The translations under genes were made by a program, and so were the position numbers. Under the pieces are notes generated by a model that was not told the origin of the DNA, ran no database searches, and saw only the letters and a list, made by a program, of their open reading frames with translations. This document shows positions 11,561 through 26,289 of a stretch of DNA of 64,000 nt, piece after piece. The stretch's first letter is position 1; the number at the start of each line of letters is the position of its first letter. Origin of the DNA: Octopus sinensis (Eukaryota); contig NC_043000.1 in assembly GCF_006345805.1 (NCBI RefSeq), positions 13,516,001-13,580,000 of the forward strand. Direction: 5' to 3'.

Positions 11561-11905
11561 TGTTAATCCAAAGTCATCTTATGTCATCTTTAGCATGGCT
11601 TCTGAGACTGGATGCCCTTTCTAGCTGCAACTACATTACAGTGTCCCGGGTGCTTTTTGTGTTATACACACACACACACACAGAGCTTCCACACAGTTTC
11701 TGTCAATCAAATTCACTCAAAGGCTTTGGTCAGACCCAGGCTATAGCAGAAAACATTTACTCAACATAACACAAAGTGGGACTGAATCTGAAGCCACGTG
11801 GTGGGGAAATCAGTTTCTTAAATACACAACCAAAGGTGTGTGTGTAATATTTATATATTTTGTGAATATATATGTACATATCTATATTATATATTTTATG
11901 TATGC

Positions 11906-11953
<48 letters not shown>

Positions 11954-12001
11954 TTGTTGAAATAGAAAGATGAATTTTCTTGTAACAGATTATTCAAAGG
12001 T

Positions 12002-12575
12002 TTAACCGATACCTGGGTAGCAAAAATCACAGCGGAAAACAGCACGGTTGGAGATAAGACCATTTGGTGTTGCAACCGTGCGTTGGAGCGGATATTGAAG
12101 TTTAATATTATAGTGAATGGAATAAATGGAGTTGAACGAAGATTGTACAGAATACCTTTTATTACATTCTACATATGTTTCGAAGGCCACAAATTTCCAA
12201 ATTCTGTTTAAATAAGGGTACCATATTGCGGCTTTCTCTTCAGGAAAAAAACAGGAATTCCGTTGACAGGACAAAACAAAACAGAGGCACAGCAATTCGA
12301 ATGAAGATGCTCCTTAGGAGCCCATGGCTGAACTGTTTATCAATTGATAAACAGTTCAGCCATGGGCTCCTAAGGAGCATCTTCATTCGAATTGCTGTGC
12401 CTCTGTTTGTTTTGTCCTGTCAACGGAATTCCTGTTTTTTTCCTGAAGAGAAAGCCGCAATATGGTACCCTTATTTAAACAGAATTTGGAAATTTGTGGC
12501 CTTCGAAACATGTGTAGAATGTAATAAAAGGTATTCTGTACAATCTTCGTTCAACTCCATTTATTCCATTCACTA
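12002..12575. mobile_element. Penelope-like terminal-repeat fragment forming a zero-spacer palindrome of about 465 bp (12111-12575, centre 12343/12344)
   Basis: Arms of 233 and 232 bp are reverse complements with two differences seen. Contains a CTGAAGA...GAAAC motif followed by AATAAA. Bounded by (TA)n. Confidence 0.7.
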
Positions 12576-12577
12576 AT

Positions 12578-12636
<59 letters not shown>

Positions 12637-12827
12637 ATTATATATATATGTATATATATGTTATATATATATATATATATGTATGTATATATATATTATA
12701 TATATATATATATATATATGTGAATCACCTACATGACCTTTTCTACATCAAAGTATATTTAATGCTTTCAAATGCTACAAATTATAAGCCCAAGCAGAAA
12801 TTTTGCTTATTCCTAGAATTATTATAT

Positions 12828-12864
<37 letters not shown>

Positions 12865-13963
12865 AATAACATATATCATATATAAAGGCGCAGGTGTGGC
12901 TGTGTGGTTAGAAGCTTGCTTCCCAACCACATGGTTCCAGATTCAGTCTCACTGTGAGGTACCTTGGGTAAGTATCTTCTACAGTAGTTTCAGGCTGACC
13001 AAAGCCTTGTGAGTGGATTTGGTAGACAGAAACTGAAAGAAGCCCATCGTATATATATATATATATATTATATATATAGCATCATCATCATCATCGTTTA
13101 ACATCTGCTTTCCATGCTAGCATGGGTTGGACGATTTGACTGAGGTCTGGCAAACCAGATGGTTGCACCAGACTCCAATCTGGTTCGGCAAAAGAGACTG
13201 ATAGAATAAGTACTAGGCTTACAAAGAATAAGTCCTGGGGCCATTTTGTTCTATTGAAGGCGGTGCTCCAGCATGGCTGCAGTCAAATGACTGAAACTAG
13301 TAAATGAATAAATTGTTGAATAAATTTAACTCCATCCTGTAAGTTACATTAAGTGTGTAGATACTCTGCAGTTATATTTATTTTGTGTGGAGTCTTGTTT
13401 GGATGTCAGGTCTCTTATCTTTCATTGAAAAATTTTCCTATATATATATAAATATATATGCGCATGTGTAAGTATGTAAATACATACACTCACACACACA
13501 CTCATATATACATGCACACTCACACATACACACACACAGATATATATACATACACGCAGATATATATTCTTTTATTCTTTTTATTTTTTTATGTTTCAGT
13601 CATTTGACTGTGGCCATGCTGGAGCACCGCCTTTAGTCGAACAAATCGACCCCAGGACTTATTCTTTGTAAGCCTAGTACTTATTCTGTCAATCACTTTT
13701 GGTGAACTGTTAAGTTACAGGTACGTAAACACACCAACATTGGTGGGGAGACAAACACAGACACACAAATTTACACACAAACACACATATATATGATGGG
13801 CTTCTTTCAGTTTCCATCTACCAAATCCACTCACAAGGTTTTGTTCAGCCCGAGGCTATAGTAGAAGACACTTGCCCAAGGTGCCACATAGTGGGACTGA
13901 ACCCAGAACCATGTGATTGGTAAGTAAGGTACTTACAACCCAGCCATTCCTGCAACTATATAT

Positions 13964-14040
<77 letters not shown>

Positions 14041-14321
14041 CAGAGGCAATGACAAATGATTGAGACCTTTGGTGATATGCAGTGCTTTAGAAGACTTGTC
14101 AAGCCAAGTGAAATCGCAGTTATGGCTGAAGCCAGTGTCACGTAACTGGTACTCGTCCCAGTGACGTGTAAATGCACCCGTGCTGGTGGTATGTATAAAG
14201 TACCCATTACACTCTTGGAGTGGCTGGCATTAAGAAAGGCATCCAGCCATAGATACTGAGCCAAATCTGACTGGAACTTGGTGCAGCACCCAACCAATTC
14301 CAGCATGGAAAGCAGATGCTT

Positions 14322-14785
<464 letters not shown>

Positions 14786-15018
14786 GGATATATATATAAT
14801 TTAAAAACACAAGTAAAGTTTAAAATCCAGGTGTGTTCATTTTTATACATATGCTATACTTGGAACCATTCTGCAGTTGGATCTATAGTTTATATTGGAT
14901 TGGGTACATATGTAGATATATTATTATATATATATATATATTAGAAGAAATAAGGTACTCAGAAATCGGATGGTTGTACATTTACAGATTTTATTAATAT
15001 GTCACATGTTTTTATAAA

Positions 15019-15071
15019 TCATATATTAGCGCTTGCATCTACTACAGTAGATGCAAGCGCTAATATATGAT
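15019..15071. repeat. Short palindrome with arms of about 26 bp
   Basis: ATCATATATTAGCGCTTGCATCTACT-AC-AGTAGATGCAAGCGCTAATATATGAT. Confidence 0.95.
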
Positions 15072-15399
15072 TTCTTTTTTCTAATATACAATACCTCTAC
15101 ATCACCTCCAAACCTTCTAAAATATATATATATATATATATATATAATAAATATTAGGGAATGAATCTAAAATTACAGGGAAAAATCAGATTTAGGGTTA
15201 AATCCAATTTTATAGTAAAATATTATATAATATAATTCGAGACAAAACCACTATTTTAAAACCAAACAAGGAAAGACTTAATCAATACATAAAATTTTAA
15301 TATAAATTAAATAAATATTTAATTTATATTAAAATTTTATGTATTGATTAAGTCTTTCCTTGTTTGGTTTTAAAATAGTGGTTTTGTCTCGTATTATAT

Positions 15400-15437
<38 letters not shown>

Positions 15438-15988
15438 TATATAATATATATATATATATATGTATGCATTTATCTAGATGTACTCTTATCTGGGTTGAGG
15501 TGTAGTCACATAGATGCATATTTGCAGCATACAGCCAGCAAAAGAACTGAATATTGCAAGCCTGGCACCTAACCATTCCTGACATCATACACATTGAAAT
15601 ACCTAGATTCTAATCAATCCTGCAACTGTTTCCACTGGCACAATTTAATCACAAGGCTTTTAATCTGCCTGGAGTTATAGTGAGAGATTTGCCTGTGATA
15701 TTGTGAAGTGGACTGAAGTAAGAATCACGTGGCTGGAAAATAAAGTTCTTAACAACTACACAGACATGCCAACACACGCACACACCATACACACACATAC
15801 CATACACACTTGCATACACACACACACATATGCACAGATGATAATGGATTTGCACCGGTGTAGATGGCACAAAAAGGACTCAATACTTTCAAGTAGGATG
15901 TAAATGGTTTATCTGAGAGTCAGTGTGCATCGGTTGCTATTTAGAGTTTCTCATTTTGTTCCTTGTTCCACTTATGTGTGTGAGAGAG

Positions 15989-16024
<36 letters not shown>

Positions 16025-16061
16025 CACACATGCACACACCCATATAAATAAATGAGTGTGA

Positions 16062-16101
<40 letters not shown>

Positions 16102-16536
16102 ATTGTTCTTTTCTTTCATAATTACATTGATACCTTCAGTTAAATTGTTTTATCTTTAGTTTTCTTTCACTGCTGGAAGTTTCCTGAAATATTGCTCGCC
16201 CCCCCCCACACACACACACACTTCACCCCCACCCCATACCACTTTCCTTCACACACTGTTAAACATCCACAGCACATACACATGCACATAAACATACACA
16301 TACAAACACACACGCACGCATACAAATATATACATATATGCATGCAGGAGCCTGCTAGCTGGATGTTCTCTGACTCACACTTTTCACTGCACTCACCCTT
16401 CTTCCTGTATTATTCTAACCCCCTTTAACTACACCTAACCACCTCTCCAATGACTGCCACCACCCCACCACCACCACCACCACCACCACCACCACTGCTG
16501 CCACCATCTCCGCCACCTCCACTACCACCATCATAG

Positions 16537-16812
16537 TTACCATCACCGCCGCCGCCGCCACTGTCAAGTGCTGCCACCATTGCCGCTACCACTGCCACTA
16601 CTACTCACCATCCTTACCGCAAGCTCCAGCACTACCATACAGCATCCATAACCCCCACCAGCTAATTGAACCATACCCGGATGTGATGGCTATTAAGCCA
16701 GAAGAGCCAATGAAAGCTTCATCAGAAAGCAACATCTCTCCAACAGCTGCTGCAGTTTCATACTGCAGCAGTTGCACAGCAGCCAATCATGTCGCATGTT
16801 ATTGATTATAGT
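16537..16812 (+). CDS. Candidate 276-nt phase-0 coding exon (Pro/Ala/Thr/Gln-rich) that needs two compensating 1-bp homopolymer corrections
   Basis: Acceptor ...ccaccatcatAG (16535-16536); donor GTGAGT at 16813. The corrected reading is LPSPPPPPLSSAATIAATTATTTHHPYRKLQHYHTASITPHQLIEPYPDVMAIKPEEPMKLHQKATSLQQLLQFHTAAVAQQPIMSHVIDYS. As given, that frame has stops. Confidence 0.35.
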
Positions 16813-17299
16813 GTGAGTGCACATATTAAGTGGCTGTATGGTCGTGCAGGGGTGGGGCAGTAACTCATCATAAGTTGACTACAGCTGCCTCACCAAGGTA
16901 GGATGGGTTATGGGTTTACATGAGTGCGAATATTTCAGCTGGTCAGTTAGTTGGTTGGTGTGGGCGGCAGCCGGGTGTGGAGAGGGTTCCTTAGTGCAGC
17001 AGGATTTCTCTGATTTATACACACCGACAATCAGCTACCGATTATGAGATGAATCTTTTGTGATGAGGCCAGCTTGTGGCTGCATGCTTTTCACCTTCTG
17101 CCTTCATCCGTCAGTCATTAGTCAGGTATCGCCACTGGTTAGTAGTAGTGCTGTTTGCACCTTTATTGAAAAGGTCAATCAAGTGCATGAGTCCCTTCCA
17201 TCAGTACACAGCTTCTTCATATATCACAGTTCATTATGATATGCATTAGCTGAGTACCTGTACAAACCAATAATGAAGCTTTTAATGTGGTTGTTCAAC

Positions 17300-17830
17300 T
17301 TGCTAAACATGACTGTAATTACCTTCAAATCCTGCCTTGTCATCTTTAAAAAGGAAGAACACATTTGATCATACAATGCAAGATACATTACACCTGAAAA
17401 AAAATATGATGGGATGGTCAAGGCTAGAACACGTTTGATCATGTGACTGTTTAAAAAAGATTGACATAAGGATGAACAACAACAATAATCTTGTAGCTAT
17501 AAAGTTATATGGCAGAGGTTTCAATGGGTTATTTAGTCCTCATATATATGGCACTCAGGGCCAGCTGCTGGTTGAATACATCATGGTTTTCAAATATGAA
17601 ACTGCTAGACATAGGCAAATAGTCTCACTGCTCTGTGAGAGCCCACTAAGAGCAAAATGTAAGCAAAGCCTGAAAGATAGAAAATTAGGAGCGGATAGAA
17701 AATTAGGAGTTGTTCTACCCACAAGGCATTTTCTGGAAACTTCTGCAGCTCAACTAATACGAAAAGTTGTACACAGGGTTTTACTGTATAGGAAGAATGA
17801 AGGGTTTTTTTTAACAAAAAGAAATTTTTT
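17300..17830 (-). pseudogene. Possible highly degenerate LTR-retrotransposon integrase remnant
   Basis: Minus-strand KPCVQL...PENALWVEQLLIF...GFAYILLLVGS loosely resembles an integrase zinc-finger/core junction. The resemblance is weak. Confidence 0.2.
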
Positions 17831-18105
17831 TCGTGGTTTAGTCATAAAGGGAAGGGCTGCTTCTTTGGTCTTTGTGGAGCTTCAGAGATTAGTGGTCTGA
17901 AGAAGAAACTATCCGCAGACTACAAACCTGGTTTGCAGCTTTGTAACAGAGCAGAGTGGATTCTGCTAAAGGCACTCAAAGGTCACAAGATACTAATAGG
18001 TCAGCCTGAGGCTGTAATGGAAGTGTTATCTAGTGAAACTGAACTCAAAACCTCAGACTTTCAAAATGAACTTCTTAAACTTTTTGCAACTATATTTCTA
18101 AAGAA

Positions 18106-18330
18106 AGGCAGCGAGCTGGCAGACACGTTAGCGCGCCGGGCGAAATGCTTAGCGGTATTTCGTCTGTCGTTACGTTCTGAGTTCAAATTCCGCCGAGGTC
18201 GACTTTGCCTTTCGGGATCGATAAATTAAGTACCAGTTTCGCACTGCGGTCGATGTAATTGACTTAATCCGTTTATCTGCCCTTGTTTGTCCCCTTTATG
18301 TTTAGCCCCTTGTGGGCAGTAAAGAAATAT
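18106..18330 (+). mobile_element. tRNA-derived SINE, family B (central domain TCGACTTTGCCTTTCATCCTTTCGGGGTCGATAAATTAAGTACC)
   Basis: Colinear copies at 28105-28268, 28745-28968, 43605-43800, 53355-53801 and 59340-59520 (minus). Confidence 0.9.
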
Positions 18331-19918
18331 ACATCTCTTTATTACAATTAATTTTTGAATATTATGAAAATTTACAAAAGTAACTGCTTCAATTATTAAG
18401 CTGGTGTTTGAATTAACATGAAATGTTGATGGTAGGATTAATTTAGATAACTTTGAAACAGAAAGTATATATCATAGAATCAGGGGACAGTCTCAAGTGA
18501 GTTGGTATCAAAAGGATTAAACAGAGCACAGAGGTGTTCCAGCATGACTGCAGCCGCATGACTGCAGCCGCATGGCTGAAATGAGTAAAAGAATAAAAGA
18601 AATACAGCCCTGACTACATTTATTATAAATAATAAAATTATGAATAATGGATAGGATTTGAAGAGGTTATAGTCCCATGTCCAGAAAATTCACTGTAAGA
18701 AATTTCACCGCATAAGAAAATTTACCATTAGACAAATCCACTGTAAGCATTATTATGTCAGCATTTTCTTAGATAAAAAAATTAATGATAGGTAAGTAGC
18801 TTGCTTACCAACCACATGGTTCCGGGTTCATTTCCACTGCATGGCACCTTGGGCAAGTGTCTTCTACTGTAGCCTCGGGTTGACCAAAGCCATGTGAGTG
18901 GATTTGGTAGACGGAAACTGAAAGAAGCCCGTTGTATATATGTATATATATGTATGTATGTGTGTATGTTTGTGTGTCTGTGTTTGTCCCTCCAAACATC
19001 GCTTGACAACCGATAGAATAAGTACTAGGCTTACAAAGAATAAGTCCTGGGGTCGATTTGCTCGACTAAAAGCAACGCTCCAGCATGGCTGCAGTCAAAT
19101 GACTGAAACAAGTAAAAGAGAGAAATAAAACCATTAAATAGGTAAGCCATTATTCAACATCAAACATTAAAAAAAAAACATAATGAGGTCATTTAAATGA
19201 AGTTTCTTGAAGTGAACATTTCTACAACCAAAACGTTTATGGCGAAATTTCCTATAACCTTATAATCCAAGCTATGTTCTCATGGAGCACGTGACTTTCG
19301 TATCTTTGTTTGAAGAATTATGGATAGGAGATTCCATACATGTTTTTTTTTTTTCTACATGTATTCCTTTGAAACTCCTGGCTTGTAATAGAACACATGT
19401 AAAATGGAATTAGAAATACACAATTATTCCAGTCTTTTGTTTAGATATGAATAATGCATATATATTTTTGTATTTATTCACGTGTCTATCTATCTGCTAA
19501 TCTATCGATCTACACACGCACATGCATGCACATGTACTCATACAAACATATGCACATACGCATGCATATATACCTATAAACATTAAAAATAATTCATCCT
19601 TAATACTCGTAGAAACAATGACACACAGACATATATGTGTGTGGGTGTTTTTATGTATGTATGCATATGTCTGCGTGTGTGCATGCAAGCGTATATTATA
19701 GAGACACAGATTTCATCTATGAATGCAGTTGAGAAATTATAGGAGTTCAATCCAGCACATGCACATTATTTAGTTTCTACACATGTGAAACTAGTAACTG
19801 CGACAGAAATTTATTTTCAACACTGACCACAAATGTACATATACATACATTTATATATATATATATATATATAATATATATATATATATAGAGATAGATA
19901 GATAGATAGATAGATAGA

Positions 19919-19959
<41 letters not shown>

Positions 19960-20262
19960 TAAAGATTATTTGCCAACATAATGTGGCAGTTCTGGTTAGG
20001 ATGATTGTTACTGTTATTTAGCCCCGGGAAACAGTTTCCAGCTGGTTATATGACACACTATCTGCGTCCTTATATTTTCGAACAAGGGAGTTTAACATCC
20101 CCACTCAGCTCATATATATATATATAGTAATAACAATAATCCCTGGATGGAATTTATAGACCCCAAAAGCATCAGTAGATTGTAGCTGGCATAATGGAAT
20201 AGGAGCTTTATTTGCATATTTGAAGCATTTCCCATAAACAGATTTAAAAGATATGTATGTAT

Positions 20263-20309
<47 letters not shown>

Positions 20310-20322
20310 CTGTGTGTATGTA

Positions 20323-20394
<72 letters not shown>

Positions 20395-21168
20395 TACACA
20401 CATACACACACACACATATAAACATCATCATCATCGTCGTCATCATTGTTTAACATCCGCTTTCCATGCTGGCATGGGTTGGATGGTTTGACTGAGGGCT
20501 GGCGAGCCAGAAGGCTGCACCAGGTCCCAATCTGATCTGGCAGCGTTTCTACAGATAGATGCCTTTCCTAACATCAACCACTCTGAGAGTGTAGTGGGTA
20601 GTCAGGCCAGACAGGCGGTACTGGCATTGACAAGGCTCAAATGGTGCTTTTTATGTACCACTGGCACAGGAGCCAGTCAGGTAGCACTGGCAACAACCCC
20701 ACTCAAAGGATGTTTTTTACATGCCACATACATATATATAAGTTTCTTTATTGGCCACACAGGGCTGCACACAGATGGGACAAGTTACAAGGTAGAGCTT
20801 TTCTTTTGGGGGATGAAAAAAACAAAAAACAAAAGAAACAAAAAAAAAAAGTGGTGGCATAGGTTTCGATCAAGAGGGATCGTAAAAGGGAAGAAAAGAA
20901 CAAAAAAAAAATTAATAAAATAAAAAAATAAAAAAATAAAAATAAAAAAATTTCTCTTTTGTCTTTTATTTGTTTCAGTCATTAGACTGTGACCATGCTG
21001 GGGCATCGCCTTAAAAAATTTCTAGTTGGATTGACCCCAGTACTAATTTTTTCGTTCAAACCTGGTACTTTTTTATTGGTCACTTTCGACAAACCATTAA
21101 ATTATGGGGACATAAACACACCAACACCAGTTGTCAAGTGGTGATGGAAGACAAACACAGACACAAAG

Positions 21169-21209
<41 letters not shown>

Positions 21210-21740
21210 CACAACAGGGTTCTATCACAAGGCTTTGGTCAATCAGAGGCTATAGTAGAAGACACTTGCACAAGGCTCCACACAGTTGGGACTGAACCCA
21301 GAACCATGTGATTGAGAAGCCAGTTTCTTACCACACAGCTATGCTGTGTCATCATCATCATTTAACATCCATGTTCCATACTGGCAGGGGTTGGACAGTT
21401 TGATAGGTTCAGATGAAGCCCAAGGACTGCGTCATGTTCCAGTATCTACTTTGATAAGGTTTCTAAAGCTGGATCCATTTTCTTCTGTGCTGCCAGCACT
21501 AGTGAGGTTGCCAGGCAGACCACAGGACTACAAACTGCAAGGTGGTGGAGTAGGTGGCTTTATACTAGGAGCTGAGAATTTAGAGTATAAGGGAAGGGGA
21601 AAGAGCAGGTTCATGTAGTAGAGGAGCTACATAGCTGCTAATATTTAGATGAGAGGCAGTAGGAGCTGCAAGAAGATAATTAGTGGGGACTTGTTGTCCA
21701 GAGTTGAGTAGAAGTGAGTAGCAAAAAAAAGGACCAGATG

Positions 21741-21774
<34 letters not shown>

Positions 21775-22185
21775 TGTATGGTGGAGGTGCAATGGGCCAG
21801 TGGTTAGGGCAGAAGAGTCGTGGTCATGGGATCATGGTTTTGATTACCAGACCTGGTTTTGTGAGTGTTTATTGAGTGAAAACACCTAAAGCTCCACAAG
21901 GCTCAGGCAGGGGGTCATGCTGAACCCTGCTGTACTCTTTCACCACAACCTTTTCTCACTCTTTCTTCCTGTTTCCGTTGTACCTGTATTTCTAAGGGCA
22001 AGCTATGTCACACACTGTATCATGCTGAATCTCCCCAAGAACTACATTAAGGGTACACGTGTGTGTGGAGTGCTCAACCACTTATATGTTAATTTCACAA
22101 GCAGGCTGTTCCATCGATCGGATCAACTGGAACCCTCGTTGTCTTAACCGATGGACTGTCACAGAAATGTATGTATATATGTATG

Positions 22186-22219
<34 letters not shown>

Positions 22220-22259
22220 TGTATGTATGTATGCATATATGCATGTATGTATGTATATG

Positions 22260-22545
22260 ATGCCAGTCCTGCTTCTCCTCAGTTCAAAGATTTGAGCAAG
22301 GTCGACTCCAACATCAAGACTAACTTTGTGTAACCATAAAGGCAAGCTGGCAAATCACTGCTCCTCTAAATGGAAACCTTACATGTCATTGTGGTTTGGT
22401 GACACGAAACAAAGGAGGCCTTGCTGTCCACTCAAGAAAACACATAGTAAATGATCCACAAGCACTTGAACAAACTGAGTCCTCAACTTGTTCCATTTGT
22501 TGAAAGGTTTGCAAGGCAACAGACCTCAAGAGACACATTCATATC
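22260..22545 (+). pseudogene. RTE-type ORF2 C-terminal fossil with two degenerate C2H2-like fingers
   Basis: Translation VQRFEQGRLQHQD*...TCHCGLVTRNKGGLAVHSRKH...TCSIC*KVCKATDLKRHIHI. Confidence 0.6.
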
Positions 22546-23408
22546 CAGAGAACATGATTACGGATTTATATTACTGAACCCTCATTTGTTATTCACAATG
22601 AGAGAATCCATCATATATATATATATTAAATTAGAGATAAAACCACTATTAGGCAAATCATACAATGAAAAACTTAAGCCAATACATAAGATTATTTAAT
22701 TTATATTATTTAAATATATAACAAAATTATTAAAAAAATATAATTAATAGTAATTATATTAATTTTGTTATATATTTAAATAATATAAATTAAATAATCT
22801 TATGTATTGGCTTAAGTTTTTCATTGTATGATTTGCCTAATAGTGGTTTTATCTCTAATTTAATATTATATAATATTTTACTATAAAATTGGATTCAATC
22901 CTAAATCTGATTTTTCCCTGTAAGTTTGGATTTATTCCCTAATATTTATTATTAATATATATATATATATATATATACAAAATGGACAAAATGACTCTTA
23001 AGAGTAGCATTAATTCTCTAGGTCAGTCAATCTTTCTCAACCAATCAATGGGCTGATTGACTAAACTAATCAATAACGAAGCTATAATGACTACAGGAAA
23101 CAGCTGTAAATCAAATTTGCTATGATGGGGAACTATATAATGACCATTATTTACACCTTGTCTTGTATATCACTCTGTGTAAAAAATACTAATATAACTG
23201 CGAACTCAAATATAGATTTACAATATAGAATGGTGATGAACAACAACCTCAGGTCCTGCCTCCAGAATATTTGGAATTCTTTATTAATCTAAACAATATT
23301 GTTAACCTGGTATACTAACACAGAACATTAAAGTATTTTGCCTGGGGAGATAATCCCTCATTAATAATAATATTTTATATTCATATATATATATATATAT
23401 AATAATAT

Positions 23409-23462
<54 letters not shown>

Positions 23463-23489
23463 TATATATATACACACACATACATATAT

Positions 23490-24352
23490 ATAGGGTGCAA
23501 TGGATAAACTGCTGCTATTTTATATTTTTAATTTCATGCATGCATATTGTTTTTGATTTTGTCAACTACACAGTATAGTAGGGTCAGTTAGGCATCGTCT
23601 GTGAGAAAAACAGTATCATGACACAGTTCACTCTACCAGAAATTTGGAAACAACATGCTGTACTGCTTGGCATTCACACCAGAAGCTCCAATATGAACAT
23701 TTCGGAGTGTTTGGGTGTCAATCTGAGGACACTGCAATCTGAGGACATGTACCAAGAGTGATAAAAATCAAATATCCAGTGTTTGCAGCAATCACTATGG
23801 TGATGTTATGCCTCCATTCATCTTCCCACACAATCTCAGACTTAACATGGAGGCCTACATCAAGTGCCTGGAGGAGGTAGTATTGCCCTGGGTCAAGACG
23901 ATAGCTGCTTAGAGACCCCGTGTCTGGCAACAGGACTCTGCACCATGCCACACAAGGAGGAGAACCAGTCAGACAATTTCTGTGACCACATCACCTCAGA
24001 CATCTGGCTACTTAACTCTCCAAACTGCAACACCTTTGATTATTATGTGTGGGGTGCAGTTGAGCGAGAGACCAACAAAATTCCTTGTAATAACAAAGAT
24101 GAACTGAAGGCAAAGATTATGGCAGCATTCACCAACTTAAACATGGAGACCACCCAGAAGAGTTGCAGGAGATTCCTAAGTCGTCTGGAGGCTGTGGTCG
24201 AAGCCAATGGCGATTTTATTGAATAAATTTACTCTTTAGTATTTCAAGATATTTTTATGTAATTTTGGTAAGTATATCTATTAAAATACGATATCGGTGT
24301 TATTTTCATTTTTGTGTAATTTAGACTACAATATATTCCCCACACCTTGTAT
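23490..24352 (+). mobile_element. Internally deleted Tc1/mariner element (maT/DD37D-like transposase fossil)
   Basis: WQQDSAPCH, then NSPNCNTFDYYVWGAVERE...RLEAVVEANGDFIE*. Degenerate TA-CAGGGTG-type ends. A 16-bp duplication lies at the apparent deletion junction (about 23719-23750). Confidence 0.85.
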
Positions 24353-25154
24353 AGGTTCCTACATCTGGATGCCCTTCCTAATTCCAACTACTCCAAGAGT
24401 GTAGTAGTTGCTATATACCTGTCACTGGTATGGGAGCCAGTCAGGTGGTACTGGCATTGACCACGCTCAAATGGTGCTTTTTACATGCCACCAGCATGGG
24501 AGCCAGTCAGGGAGCACTGGCATCAACCACATTTGGATGGTGCCTTTTACGTGCCACTGGCATGGGAGCCAGCCAGGGGGGGTACTGGTATCAACCACGT
24601 TTGCATGGTGCCTTTTATGTACCACTGGCTGGGTCTTCTTAATCACAGCATATCTCCAGAGGTCTCAATCTCTTGTTATTACCTCTGTGAAGCCCAACAT
24701 TCGAAGGTCGTGCTGACAGGAAACTGCATCCAGTTGTGACACTCCAGTTCGTAAGTTCTAGAGTTGTGGGAAGCATCGTGTCATCCTTTAATTACCATTA
24801 CTCCCAGGTCCATACTGTCTTGGAAAGATTGTACTGGCCAGGGTCCTATCCGTGGGGGTTAAATAAATTTCCCATGGATAGAAGTGGCTTCTGCTGTTGT
24901 TGAGGAAACTGCAAGGGATGTAGCTTTTTTGGGGAGAAAGATACTCTGATATAATATTTGCAGTCAAACTATCAAAAGAGTGCCAGTCATCTTACAATGC
25001 TTATCACTGGAACCTACTATGGTGGTAAAAGTGTTGTTCAAGCTTTTGCCATTTTAATCCAGTGGCATACAGATGTCTCACTAATTTGAGATTGGTAACA
25101 TCTGACAAGATAACACAATCATCATACATACACATACACACACGTGTGTGTGTG

Positions 25155-25186
<32 letters not shown>

Positions 25187-26289
25187 TAGAAGGCACCATT
25201 ATATACGTAAAAAGCACCATCTGAAAGTGGTTGATACAGGTGCCCCCTGACTGGTTCCCATGCCAGTGGGACATAAAAAGCACTATCCAAACGTAATCAA
25301 TGCTAGGGCCACCCAATTGGTTCATGTGCTGGTGGCATGTAAAAAGCAACCATTACACTCTCAGAGTGGTTGGCATTAGGAAAGGCATCCAGCTGTAGAA
25401 ACATTGCCAGATCAGATTGGAACCTGGTGCAGCTGCTGGTTTTCCAGACCTCAGTCAAACCCTCCAACCCATGACAGCATGGAAAACAGATGTTAAATGA
25501 TGATGATGATCAAGAAGATGATGATATACAACAGGCTTCTTTCAGTTTCTGTCCATCAAATCCAGTCAATAGGCGTTGGTTGGTTTGAGGCTATAGTGGA
25601 AGACACTTGCCCAAGGTGTCATGCCGTGGGGCTGAACTCAGAACAATGCGATTGGTAAGCAAGCTACTTATCATATATATGTATATATTTATTCATTTGA
25701 ACATTCATTTTATTTCTGTTTTTCCATGCTAATGGGTTGAATAAATACCTATTATTGAAGAATTGTTTTCTAGCTGGATACCCTAACCCTACCCTTTTCA
25801 CAACTATGAAAGTTTCCACTATACTCGACCCTGAAAGCACAGAACTACAAGACAATTTATTGGCAGAAAAATGACAAGAGGGACCCGCACCATAGCTCAG
25901 TGATTTCCCATACAATAACGGAATGTAACATCGTTACACAAACACATATATGTGGACATGCATGCATGCATGCACACACATATGCAATCGGTTTTGCATG
26001 AGTTTTGTCAACTAAGTTCACTCATAAGGCACTGGCCAGTCTGGGGCTGTTGTAGAAAACAACTACTAAATCGATGGGATTGAACCTGAAACCATGAGGC
26101 TGCAATGCAAACATTACAACCAGCAGCCATGTCTGTGCCTACATACACAGACATACATACATTATTTTTTTGACCATCCATTCCTTTCCCCCTTTCATCT
26201 TCTCTGGACTTTCTTACACACATGCACACACACACACACAGACACATGCACACGCACATACATATCTTATATATATATATATATATATT

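Noticed and set aside
16601-16786. Minus-strand 61-aa ORF ending at a GTGAGT donor
   Set aside because: It starts at TTG directly after a stop and has no polypyrimidine acceptor. It is the antisense register of the plus-strand open frame.
17472-18229. Plus-strand ORFs of 142 aa and 98 aa as host genes
   Set aside because: No recognisable domain. The second runs into a SINE and the first includes a 15-bp tandem duplication; they are more likely antisense to a decayed element.
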